Positions 41,432-50,803 of a DNA stretch of 64,000 nt are shown piece by piece; the stretch's first letter is position 1, and the number at the start of each line of letters is the position of its first letter. The notes beneath the pieces are model-generated. The model saw nothing but the letters and a program-made list of their open reading frames with translations. It did not search any database and had not been told where the DNA came from. The stretch is from positions 30,020-94,019 of the IMG/VR virus record IMGVR_UViG_3300003937_000144. One strand, written 5' to 3'. The position numbers and the translations under genes are program-made. This DNA is from a virus.

Positions 41432-42600
41432 CTATTGAAGTAACATCTAATTGTCAAGCTCAATGCCCTGGTTGTATTCGTAAGAATGTTATAAACCCAA
41501 CTACTGGAGAAATAGGTTATACTAAAGGTGTTCCTAAGAATGTTAACATGACCCTTGAAGCACACAATAGATTAATAGATGAGGCAGGAGAAGATTTAAA
41601 TTGGGTAAGTTATGACGGTGGATTCGGTGATTCACCATTGCATCCAGACTTTTTAGATATGATAAGACATGTTGTGTCTAAACCACAAATGCAAATCGTT
41701 GCTATATCAACCAATGGAAGTTATCAAACCGAAGAATTTTGGTTTGAGTTAGGACAGATACTTAATGAAAATCAACCACATGACCCAGAATATTTCGGTG
41801 ACTTACCACGAATGGAGAGAGGCCATTTAGTATTTTGGGATTTAGATGGTGTTGATAATGAAACACAAAATAAATATAGGGTTAAAACAAATTTTGATAG
41901 GATCATCCGTAATGCTAAAGCTTATATAGCTGGTGGTGGTTATGCTGTATGGAAGATGATTCCATTTGACTTCAATGAAGAATTAGAAGAGCGTGGAATG
42001 GAGTTAGCTAAAGAGCATGGCTTTGCTGAGTTTAGAAGAACACGTGTACATAGAGTAGAACAACAAGCAACGTTAATGGCATTAGCTGAAAAGCAAGGAC
42101 AAGACTTAGGAGATCTTAACGATGGTGAAATAGACAGGGCTGATCCAGCTGACATTAAAGAAAATATAGAAAAAGCTCAAACATTAATACAAGAGATTCC
42201 AATAGATCCTTATAAATCTCCACGAGAAAATATGGCGGTAGCTAAAGAGAAAGCTGGCATTACATGTAAGTGGGCAAACGATACTCCTGGTGGTAATTAC
42301 CAAGTAAGCCATGATGGTTCTGTATGGAGATGTTGTTGGCATAACTCAGCCTATCAATTTAGAACGAGATTAAATAGTGGTGATAGAGATGGGTGGGAAA
42401 GGTTTATACAATTCTATGCGGATGACTGGAATAACATATATACTAATAGCTTCCAAGAAATTATAACTCATCCGTTTTTTACAGAAGATTTGTATGAAAG
42501 TTTTGATAATGATTATGATGATCCTATTAATCCGAAGTTAAAGGTATGCACTAACAGGTGCTCTAATTTAAATTTACAAGAAAGTGAGAGGTTTTGCTAA
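41422..42600 (+). CDS. Radical SAM enzyme with C-terminal SPASM/twitch domain (#7)
   Basis: CQAQCPGC; GGFGDSP; STNGS; C...DGSVWRCC...CTNRC. Confidence 0.88.
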   Translation: MQLTIEVTSNCQAQCPGCIRKNVINPTTGEIGYTKGVPKNVNMTLEAHNRLIDEAGEDLNWVSYDGGFGDSPLHPDFLDMIRHVVSKPQMQIVAISTNGSYQTEEFWFELGQILNENQPHDPEYFGDLPRMERGHLVFWDLDGVDNETQNKYRVKTNFDRIIRNAKAYIAGGGYAVWKMIPFDFNEELEERGMELAKEHGFAEFRRTRVHRVEQQATLMALAEKQGQDLGDLNDGEIDRADPADIKENIEKAQTLIQEIPIDPYKSPRENMAVAKEKAGITCKWANDTPGGNYQVSHDGSVWRCCWHNSAYQFRTRLNSGDRDGWERFIQFYADDWNNIYTNSFQEIITHPFFTEDLYESFDNDYDDPINPKLKVCTNRCSNLNLQESERFC

Positions 42601-42602
42601 TG

Positions 42603-43499
42603 ATAAAAGATAAAAGTATAATATATAATAAAGATGAAATAGTTGAAGAATGGAATATAGAATTAAATTTAGACTATGACCATTTATTAGTTGGCATGTC
42701 AGGAGGAATGGATTCATCTATTCTATATTGGATGATGGCCTATCATATGGATAAGAATAATTTAAGTGGAACACTACATGCATATTCATGTATCCATGAA
42801 GAGAGACCATGGCAAGCACATCACGCTAAGAAAGTAATTAAATATGTGAAAGAACAATTTCCTAATATTAAATATGGAGTACATACAATTGCGACTACGC
42901 CTGGAACATCTTATATTGATAATGGTACTGCACTACAATGGAAGACAAGCTATGAGTTAGCGCAAAGCGATGGTGGAACTGTAGCTACGTATAATGGTGT
43001 GACACTTAACCCACCAGACGAATTAGGTAAATATATATGGCGACACTCATGGGGTAGACGTGCTGTCGGAAGAGATGTATCTACACTTGACAAATGGGAA
43101 AAGGTTGATGGTGAACAGATAGAACATAACAACGAAGATTTTTTTGTGAAGGCTGGTTTACATTGGGAAGAAGATGGTTCGCTTGTACATTGGGGAACAA
43201 ATGATGAAGAGCAGGAACAAGCAGCGAGAGATCATAACGAATATCATATTCAGCATTATCCATTTTGTACTCAAGATAAACGTGTAGTACTTGCATTCTA
43301 TAAGAAGTATGGACAATTAATATCTTTAGGAGAATTAACTAATTCATGTGAGGGTCATATTAGTATGAGAGGTGATCCTAAATATTCCAAGCCTTGTCAT
43401 TGGTGTTGGTGGTGTATAGAAAAAGAATGGGCTACAAGCGAAATCTTTCACTATGATCCAATAAAGAGTATGGAAGACTGGCCAGCATTTCATAACTAA
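42603..43499 (+). CDS. QueC-like PP-loop ATPase with C-terminal Zn site
   Basis: LVGMSGGMDSS; LTNSCEG...PCHWCWWCIEK; paralogue of 34718-35398. Start approximate (42594-42603). Confidence 0.78.
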   Translation: MKDKSIIYNKDEIVEEWNIELNLDYDHLLVGMSGGMDSSILYWMMAYHMDKNNLSGTLHAYSCIHEERPWQAHHAKKVIKYVKEQFPNIKYGVHTIATTPGTSYIDNGTALQWKTSYELAQSDGGTVATYNGVTLNPPDELGKYIWRHSWGRRAVGRDVSTLDKWEKVDGEQIEHNNEDFFVKAGLHWEEDGSLVHWGTNDEEQEQAARDHNEYHIQHYPFCTQDKRVVLAFYKKYGQLISLGELTNSCEGHISMRGDPKYSKPCHWCWWCIEKEWATSEIFHYDPIKSMEDWPAFHN

Positions 43500-44548
43500 T
43501 GTATAGCTACTCTGACATAAGACAGGTTCATCTTGAGCCGACGCAGAAGTGTCAGGCTAGATGTCCTATGTGTGATAGGAATGAAAACGGTGGTAAAGAT
43601 AATAAGTATCTAACTAATGCCGACCTATCCTTAATGGATATAAAAATGATTATGCCTAAAGAATTTGTAAGGCAACTTGATAATCTCTATATGTGTGGTA
43701 ATCATGGTGACCCTATGATGGCACCCGAAGCATTAGAAATATGTAAATGGTTAAAGGAAGTAAACCCAAAGATTAGACTTGCAATGAATACAAATGGTGG
43801 TGCAAGAAGACCAACATGGTGGGCAGAGCTAGCACAAGTTATTGACCATGTAACATTCTCTGTTGATGGTCTTGATGATACTAATCATCTATATAGACAA
43901 GGAGTAACTTGGGAAAGAGTTGAAGCTAATATGCATGCGTTCTGTAGAGCTGGTGGTAATGCTAAATGGGAATTTTTAGTATTCAAACATAATGAACATC
44001 AACTGGAAGAGGCCGAATTATGGTCAAAGACACTAGGGGTAAAAACGTTTAGCGTAAAGAAATCAGGTAGATATATTTCTAGCGCTACTTTAAAAAAGAA
44101 AGATTCACATCAAGCAAAGGATAGACATGAACAACACACACAACTCTTGGAGCCACCTACTATGGCGCGCTTTAAGAACGCCGCAAGTAAAGACTTTGAT
44201 AATATCACTGCTAAATTTGGCAACATGGATTCTTATTTGGATGTGGCTGACATAGAACCGAAATGTATAAAGAAGAAAGAAATATATATTTCAGCTGAGG
44301 GATATGTATTCCCTTGTTGTTGGACCGCTGGTCAAATGTATAAATGGTGGCAAAAACCAGGTGAGGCACAGATATGGGAACACATAGATCAGTACGATAT
44401 TAATGGAATCACTACACCTATAGAAGAAATTATAAATACTTTTTTTAATTCAATAGAGGAAGCATGGGAAGTTGGGCCGGACCGATTAAAGGTTTGTGCT
44501 CTCAAATGTAATAAAGCATTTGACCCATTCGCAGCACAATGGCAGTAA
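43499..44548 (+). CDS. Radical SAM enzyme with C-terminal SPASM/twitch domain (#8)
   Basis: CQARCPMC; CGNHGDP; NTNGG; C...EGYVFPCC...CALKC. Confidence 0.92.
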   Translation: MYSYSDIRQVHLEPTQKCQARCPMCDRNENGGKDNKYLTNADLSLMDIKMIMPKEFVRQLDNLYMCGNHGDPMMAPEALEICKWLKEVNPKIRLAMNTNGGARRPTWWAELAQVIDHVTFSVDGLDDTNHLYRQGVTWERVEANMHAFCRAGGNAKWEFLVFKHNEHQLEEAELWSKTLGVKTFSVKKSGRYISSATLKKKDSHQAKDRHEQHTQLLEPPTMARFKNAASKDFDNITAKFGNMDSYLDVADIEPKCIKKKEIYISAEGYVFPCCWTAGQMYKWWQKPGEAQIWEHIDQYDINGITTPIEEIINTFFNSIEEAWEVGPDRLKVCALKCNKAFDPFAAQWQ

Positions 44549-45207
44549 TAGCATGGACGCCTGGAATGGGTGGTGATATGATTCGCACATGTCTTATGTG
44601 TTTGACAACTCCTGGTAAATGGGAATATAAACCTGCTCGTCCTGAATTTTATGAAGAGAATAAACTGGCTTTACACTTTCAAGGATTTTGGGATGTATTA
44701 TATCTTGATAATAAGTTTGTAAGCTTTATTGATTGGAGAGGACAAGCGCAAACAAAATTAGGTGAAGGAACTATACATGGTGCACATTATATTGAATCAA
44801 ACCAAGATACAATAGATAATGTTATGGATTCTGGTAAAGGTCATGTAACCTTTATAACTGTTAATGATATACGTTATTTAAAGTTAGCACAAAAGAATTG
44901 GTTAATGAAGTCTAGTGTTACAGATGGAGATAAGAATAGTATAGCTTGGTGGGACAATGAATATGAAAAAGCATTTATTAGGCGGCAGCAAATATATGAA
45001 CCTAATAAGAGTTTATTTGATTTGGGTGATAGAAAGCATTGTTTCTGGATGGATACAATTTATAAATGGGAATCATTTAAACAAGAGCTAGATAATTATA
45101 TAGGCTTTTATGATATACCATTTGAAGAAAGACAATATAAGAATTGGGATATAGTACAAAAATTTTGGCAGGAATGGATGGATGCGCAAAGGTTACCATG
45201 GCAATAG
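44539..45207 (+). CDS. Hypothetical protein (Gly-rich loop, sulfotransferase-like), paralogue A
   Basis: IAWTPGMGGDMIRTCL; shares FID.xGQ, YLxLAQxNW, GDRKH and FWQEWxD with the next ORF. Confidence 0.55.
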   Translation: MAVIAWTPGMGGDMIRTCLMCLTTPGKWEYKPARPEFYEENKLALHFQGFWDVLYLDNKFVSFIDWRGQAQTKLGEGTIHGAHYIESNQDTIDNVMDSGKGHVTFITVNDIRYLKLAQKNWLMKSSVTDGDKNSIAWWDNEYEKAFIRRQQIYEPNKSLFDLGDRKHCFWMDTIYKWESFKQELDNYIGFYDIPFEERQYKNWDIVQKFWQEWMDAQRLPWQ

Positions 45208-46004
45208 GAAATAAAATAGTTTTATCTTGGCCTCCTGGTACAGGCGGGGATTTTGTACGGTCTTGTCTATATGTAATTATGCATCATGGTAATTGGGAAT
45301 ACAGGCAATGGGAAGAACATGAAGAACCTATTGACGGCTGGACTGAGATTAGTGCTGATCCATATCCTAAGGCTCTAGTATGGAATAATAATCTTATATC
45401 TTTTATTGATTACAAAGGACAAGTACAGTCACCTGTTATGTGGAAACATTTTAGATGGAATGAATTTCTTGAGGGCAAGAAAAATGAATTAGGTATTACT
45501 GCTTTAAAAGCAGATTTATATAGACTTGTATTTTGTATTCATAAGCGTCATCATACAGAAACTAATGTTGACCAATTAATGGAAATTCAGAATGAAGCAT
45601 ATAGACTTGATGATTTAAACCCAGTCGTTACATATATTTGTGCCAAGGATACTAAGTATCTTAGGTTAGCACAAGAAAATTGGAATTTAAAAACTCATGA
45701 ATATAATCATTATATTGCTAATCAAGAAATAAATTGGTGGGATACAGCGCTAGCTGAGACTATTGATTGGAGAGATAGAAACCCAGAGAAAATTAATCAT
45801 ACTTTATTTGAGTTTGGTGATAGAAAACATATGATGTTTATGGATAGCTTTTTTGAATGGGAAACATTCAGACAAGAATTAGAATGGTTTAGGGGGTTTT
45901 ATCATAACGCAGGTTGTATGCCAGTGCAAAATGATGCCCATTGGTATGTAGTTAAACAATTTTGGCAGGAATGGATAGATGGACAAAAACTTAAAGTGGA
46001 GTGA
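45198..46004 (+). CDS. Hypothetical protein, paralogue B
   Basis: LSWPPGTGGDFVRSCL; tandem paralogue of 44539. Start taken at ATG 45198. Confidence 0.55.
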   Translation: MAIGNKIVLSWPPGTGGDFVRSCLYVIMHHGNWEYRQWEEHEEPIDGWTEISADPYPKALVWNNNLISFIDYKGQVQSPVMWKHFRWNEFLEGKKNELGITALKADLYRLVFCIHKRHHTETNVDQLMEIQNEAYRLDDLNPVVTYICAKDTKYLRLAQENWNLKTHEYNHYIANQEINWWDTALAETIDWRDRNPEKINHTLFEFGDRKHMMFMDSFFEWETFRQELEWFRGFYHNAGCMPVQNDAHWYVVKQFWQEWIDGQKLKVE

Positions 46005-47109
46005 GTATGACTTCGGTCAAATACCTTTCGACGATATAGAGCATTTTGGCACACGTTCTATGCTGGATAGGGACACGTTTACAGTATCTTGGTTACTAGG
46101 AAGATTCTGTAATTACCGTTGTTCTTATTGTTGGCCTTATGCTAGGTCAGATAAGAAAGACCATAGACCACTTAAAGCAACTATAGGAACTATTAATGAA
46201 ATCAAAAGACAAGCAAGAGAAAGAGGATTTAATTCGTTTCACTTCTCACTTTCGGGAGGCGAACCGACATTTCATCCGCAGTACCTCGATATTGTACAGC
46301 ATCTTAATAATGATGTTCCTAATTGTAATTTTCATTCCCTTCACATGACCTCAAATGTTTCTCGACCAATACAATGGTTTGAGAAATATTATCAAGCCTC
46401 AAAGGATATGCATAGAGTATCTATTACAGCTTCTTACCATAGGGAACATGTCAATACTCCAAAGAAGGTTATTGAGTTTGCAGACAAATTAGAATTTTGT
46501 CAAGAACATAATATACAGATTACTATTAATATAGTTATGGTACCTGAATTCTTTGAACAATTTTATGAGGAGGCATTATACTTTCATGATCGTGGTATTA
46601 ATGTAACGCTTAAACCTCAGAGTGATCCGACAGCTTCATTCGTTGTAGATGGATATACAGATGAACAGTTAAAGACTCTACATAATGGAATGCCTCAAAG
46701 GGGATATACTCAGGAAAAATCTACAGTAGAAAGACCTCATTATAAATGGAGAGATGCTGCGGTAGATAATAAGTATGGCAAAGTACCTGCCCACTTTGAA
46801 ATAGAATTCACTGACAAGTACGGGAAGAAATGGTATATGGATCAAGCAGAAAGATTCAATGCCTTTAACTTTAATAACTTTAATGGATGGGAATGCTCAT
46901 CAGGTTATAGAAGTATTATTATACGTGAACCAGATGGTACAATCAAAAGAAGTTATTCTTGTCATGATGAACCATTAGGTCAAATAGAAACTGGGTTTAA
47001 GTTATATGATGGACCCAAGATATGTACAACAAGCGCATGTGTATCTTCAGCTGATAGCAAGATACCTAAACGCAAACCAGGAAATATGATACCATTATGG
47101 ACAGTGTAG
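45979..47109 (+). CDS. Radical SAM enzyme with C-terminal Cys cluster (#9)
   Basis: CNYRCSYC; SGGEPT; WECSSG...SYSC...ICTTSACVSSAD. Confidence 0.92.
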   Translation: MDKNLKWSEYDFGQIPFDDIEHFGTRSMLDRDTFTVSWLLGRFCNYRCSYCWPYARSDKKDHRPLKATIGTINEIKRQARERGFNSFHFSLSGGEPTFHPQYLDIVQHLNNDVPNCNFHSLHMTSNVSRPIQWFEKYYQASKDMHRVSITASYHREHVNTPKKVIEFADKLEFCQEHNIQITINIVMVPEFFEQFYEEALYFHDRGINVTLKPQSDPTASFVVDGYTDEQLKTLHNGMPQRGYTQEKSTVERPHYKWRDAAVDNKYGKVPAHFEIEFTDKYGKKWYMDQAERFNAFNFNNFNGWECSSGYRSIIIREPDGTIKRSYSCHDEPLGQIETGFKLYDGPKICTTSACVSSADSKIPKRKPGNMIPLWTV

Positions 47110-47450
47110 ACCTTTTTGGTCAAAAAGGTCGATACCGTCAGGACGGTGTAGAAGGGCCTTTTGGGCCAATAGAAAAATACCCACCTATTATAAAGACAAC
47201 ACCTAATGTGCCGGTCGACCAGCCAGGTGTGGAAGGCCTTATAAATACTTTTGAGATGAGAGAACTTCAGCTTGAAGCTGCGTTAGTTATAAGCTCACAT
47301 AATGCAAACAATATTTGGATAAAACAATTTAAGGCAGATCATAACTCGGAGGAATTTTATAAGAATGTCATCAGATGGTATATTAATGAATACGGAGGAC
47401 TTCCTAGCGAAGTCGAACCCGGAAATAAAATACAACTTCTTTACGTTTAA
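47097..47450 (+). CDS. Hypothetical protein (true start may be ATG 47256, after an internal TATAAATA at 47240)
   Basis: ORF fills the gap between radical SAM #9 and the glycosyltransferase. Confidence 0.5.
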   Translation: MDSVDLFGQKGRYRQDGVEGPFGPIEKYPPIIKTTPNVPVDQPGVEGLINTFEMRELQLEAALVISSHNANNIWIKQFKADHNSEEFYKNVIRWYINEYGGLPSEVEPGNKIQLLYV

Positions 47451-48174
47451 GTGGGGAGATAAATATGGACCAGAATATGTTAATAGATTATACGCGAGTC
47501 TGGTAGAACATTGTGATGTTCCTTTTGCTTTCACTTGTGTTACTGACAATAGTGCTGGGATACGTCCTGAAGTACTTCTTTTAGATTACAATCAAATAGG
47601 TCCAGACTCTTGGAGATCTTACGGTCAAGATAAGATTTTTACTCGTGAGAAACTTTGTCTTATGGATCTAGATATTCCCGGCACAAAAGGTTGGATTGAT
47701 TTAGATGTATTGATTAGAAAAGAAGTCACATCTATGGTGACTAGAGACTTTAAGAAGCCTACCTTTATTCTTAATCATTGGAATATGAAAAAAGAAAATT
47801 CATTCAAATGGTTTGGTAAAGGATCTGACTGTCATGTGAATAGTAGCTTTGTAATGTGGAAAGATGATGTTGCGCAATGGTTGTTTGATTATACTGACAA
47901 GCATTTAGAGAAGCTAATGTTCACTTATAAATCCTTAGATAAATACTTATATTACCAACATTGGCGTACAGATAGATTAACATTTTGGGAAGAGGGATTA
48001 GTAGATAACTTTAATTTTAGTGATCCGCCTCATATAAAAAGGAAAGGAGTGAGAGTAACTTTATTTAATACCTCACATATTATTATACAAGGCATGGATA
48101 TAGAAGCATACGAGTTACATGAAACAGAAGGTATGTGGCCGTGGGAATATTGGATGAAATATGACAAAAGTTGA
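47386..48174 (+). CDS. GT-A fold glycosyltransferase (paralogue of 27385)
   Basis: FKWGDKYGPEYVNRL, WIDLDVLI and VNSSFVMW. Start uncertain. Confidence 0.8.
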   Translation: MNTEDFLAKSNPEIKYNFFTFKWGDKYGPEYVNRLYASLVEHCDVPFAFTCVTDNSAGIRPEVLLLDYNQIGPDSWRSYGQDKIFTREKLCLMDLDIPGTKGWIDLDVLIRKEVTSMVTRDFKKPTFILNHWNMKKENSFKWFGKGSDCHVNSSFVMWKDDVAQWLFDYTDKHLEKLMFTYKSLDKYLYYQHWRTDRLTFWEEGLVDNFNFSDPPHIKRKGVRVTLFNTSHIIIQGMDIEAYELHETEGMWPWEYWMKYDKS

Positions 48175-48604
48175 TGCGTGGATATACACACAAGTAACAA
48201 CATTTAGCGATGCTGAAACAATTGCTATTGTTGGACCGGCTGGTAAGAGAAATTTATATGACGAATTTAAACAGATAAAATCTTTTAAAGAAGTTAATAT
48301 GTATGACTATGATCCTGCACGTGGAAAAGATGAGAATATAATTAACAAAGATGTTGTATTTGATATAGAACTAAAAGAAGATCTTATTATAAATTATGCG
48401 TGTGAGAAAATGTGGCCCTTAGGTAAGATATATAAGGATAGAGAGTTTATATTAGTGGGTGATAATGAAAGGCATAACGGTGATTGTAATCCTATAACGA
48501 GTAATAGAATGTTAATAGAACAGAATGGGATAGAAGAAATTTGGTCATTCAATGAATTTACAAGATGGAAAGGTAAATATTTTGTGGTGTTTGGATGCAA
48601 TTAG
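48161..48604 (+). CDS. Hypothetical, degenerate Rossmann/methyltransferase-like protein
   Basis: IAIVGPAG, YDYDP, LIINYACEKM and HNGDCNPI resemble the next ORF (INTSCEHM, HINCV). Confidence 0.5.
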   Translation: MTKVDAWIYTQVTTFSDAETIAIVGPAGKRNLYDEFKQIKSFKEVNMYDYDPARGKDENIINKDVVFDIELKEDLIINYACEKMWPLGKIYKDREFILVGDNERHNGDCNPITSNRMLIEQNGIEEIWSFNEFTRWKGKYFVVFGCN

Positions 48605-49362
48605 TAGATACATCAACGCGTCAACGATCAAGTGAGGCAGATCATTTAGGTGCTGATTTAAAAAATAATAAAACTCAAGATCTAGACATATATTATAATA
48701 TGCTTAAATGGTTTCACAGGAATTATCCTGAAAGGCTAGATAGGTTTATTGAGAGTTGTTCGCCTAACCAGATAGAAGGTAAGACCTGGTTAGTAGAAGA
48801 GCTAGACAATGTACAGATACCACGTGATGAAGAAGGTAAATTTAAGATTGAAATCGTTGGTGGTTGGTTTGGTTTTCCTATGATAGATTTATTATACGAA
48901 AAGTATGGTGATGAAATAAGAGCAATAGATTTTTTTGATGTGGATCCATTTGCTGCTAAAGTGTTTGGTGTATATCTAAGTATGTGGGATGTAGATATGC
49001 AAGATGTTAAAATATTTACTAATGCTCAAGGAGATTATTTTAATTATAAAGAAAAGCGAAGAGCACATTTAATAATAAATACATCATGTGAACATATGCC
49101 TGATATGATTGATATGAAACAATACTACTTTGATCCTGATAGAACATTGTTAGTATTACAAAGTAATGACAAAGATGATGAGCCTGATCATATTAATTGT
49201 GTTGAGAGTGAAACACAATTAGCTGAAAAGAATGGCATAGCTTTATTAAATGGCGGATGGCGAACAATGAAAAGTAAAGTACTTAAACGAGAAATACAGG
49301 GTGGAGATAAAAAGAAAATCTCTTGGTGGAATAGATATATGGCAATGGGAAAATGGACTTAG
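48595..49362 (+). CDS. Class I SAM-dependent methyltransferase-like protein
   Basis: IEIVGGWFG, FFDVDP, LIINTSCEHM and LQSND...HINCV. Confidence 0.65.
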   Translation: MQLVDTSTRQRSSEADHLGADLKNNKTQDLDIYYNMLKWFHRNYPERLDRFIESCSPNQIEGKTWLVEELDNVQIPRDEEGKFKIEIVGGWFGFPMIDLLYEKYGDEIRAIDFFDVDPFAAKVFGVYLSMWDVDMQDVKIFTNAQGDYFNYKEKRRAHLIINTSCEHMPDMIDMKQYYFDPDRTLLVLQSNDKDDEPDHINCVESETQLAEKNGIALLNGGWRTMKSKVLKREIQGGDKKKISWWNRYMAMGKWT

Positions 49363-49997
49363 AATTATTTTTGTGGGCAACCTTTTTAGGATTCTTATGG
49401 TGTCAGGTAGTTACACACTATGCTGTCTCTGTAGGACTACATAGGTACTTTGCTCATAACCAATTTAAAACAAGCTTATTTCATGAGGTTGGCTTCATAA
49501 TAGGAATTATGATTGCATGTGTTCGTACACCTATTGGTTGGGTGGCAAGTCACAGAATGCACCATGCAGATACAGAGGGACCATTAGATCCTCACGATGC
49601 TAAACAAATAGGTTATTGGAAAGTGGCAACTACCACTTGGGATTTGAAACATGTGCCTATTAAATTTGCAAAGGATCTATATGATAACCCAAGACTTGTA
49701 TGGGCTCATGAGAATTGGGATACATTCTTATGGTATTACTGGGCTGCATGTATGTTAATCTCACCTTATTTCTGGTGGGCTGCAGCATTTATGCCTTATG
49801 TATTTGCTAAGGTTGGATTTGGTATGTTAAATATATTTGGACATTGGAATGGACCAACTGATGGTGTTTGGATGAATTGGATTTTGGGTGGTGATGGATA
49901 TCACAAAGTACATCATGAACATCCATATAGATTAAAACTTGGTAAGTATGATTTAGGTGGTTATTTAGCGGAGAGATTTTGGAAAAAGAAACTTTAA
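49353..49997 (+). CDS. Membrane fatty-acid desaturase (delta-9/DesC-like)
   Basis: Three His boxes (HRYFAH, HRMHH, HKVHH), DPH motif and hydrophobic helices. Confidence 0.88.
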   Translation: MDLELFLWATFLGFLWCQVVTHYAVSVGLHRYFAHNQFKTSLFHEVGFIIGIMIACVRTPIGWVASHRMHHADTEGPLDPHDAKQIGYWKVATTTWDLKHVPIKFAKDLYDNPRLVWAHENWDTFLWYYWAACMLISPYFWWAAAFMPYVFAKVGFGMLNIFGHWNGPTDGVWMNWILGGDGYHKVHHEHPYRLKLGKYDLGGYLAERFWKKKL

Positions 49998-50803
49998 AAA
50001 AATCCCAATGGGTAGATGTACCTATGTCAGAAGATGTTTGGCATCTCCTGAAAGAACAACGTGTATCTGAAACTTATTACAACCGTGGGTCAGGTAAAGC
50101 CACACAAGAATTAGAATGGCTTGAGGCAACACATAGAAACTGGGTTCATGAGATTACTGACTTAAGTGACTTCCCATACTGTTATGTTACTAATGGTACA
50201 ACAGATGCAATCCATCATTGGTTACAAACAGAAGATCGTCAATGGCAATACATTAAAGGCGACTATGAATACCCTAATATAATCGATGCTGGTACAGAGA
50301 TAGAACATTCATATTTTATTGACCCGCATAAAGTATTATACCTATCTAATCCATTTGCTGGTGATGGTATGTTTAGAGATGTAGAAGTTGATTGCCCTGT
50401 TATATTAGACTGTACATATGTGTCTAGTACTGCTATACAAAGAATACACATACCAAAAAATACTGAACAAGTTATGTTTAGTTTCTCAAAAGGATTTGGT
50501 ATGATAGGAAACAGATGTGGTTTAGTCTATACAAAGAAACCTCATAAGACATTGCACTTATTAAAAGAATTTGAGAATTGGAATTATGCCAATGTTAAAA
50601 CTATGCATCTTGTTATGAGTAACTTTACTGTTGATGAGATGTTCCATGAAAATAGAGAAAGGCAATTAGAGCTATGTCAAGAATATAGCTTAGTACCAGC
50701 TGATGTTTTTTTCCTTGCCCAGAGTGGTGATAAATATTATAAAAGGAGAAGACGAATGCACGACAGTCCAACAGCAAGGCTTTGCTTAACACCTCTATGG
50801 TAG
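49979..50803 (+). CDS. Fold-type I PLP-dependent enzyme (aminotransferase-like)
   Basis: TNGTTDAI, YLSNP, ILDCTY and FSFSKGFGMIGNRCG (PLP lysine). Confidence 0.78.
   Translation: MEKETLKKSQWVDVPMSEDVWHLLKEQRVSETYYNRGSGKATQELEWLEATHRNWVHEITDLSDFPYCYVTNGTTDAIHHWLQTEDRQWQYIKGDYEYPNIIDAGTEIEHSYFIDPHKVLYLSNPFAGDGMFRDVEVDCPVILDCTYVSSTAIQRIHIPKNTEQVMFSFSKGFGMIGNRCGLVYTKKPHKTLHLLKEFENWNYANVKTMHLVMSNFTVDEMFHENRERQLELCQEYSLVPADVFFLAQSGDKYYKRRRRMHDSPTARLCLTPLW

Noticed and set aside
34718-47109. 7-deazaguanine DNA modification or queuosine pathway
   Set aside because: Only QueC-like folds are present. No FolE, QueD, QueE-sized radical SAM or DpdA in the window, and late-promoter context argues against it. 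Not excluded for the rest of the genome.
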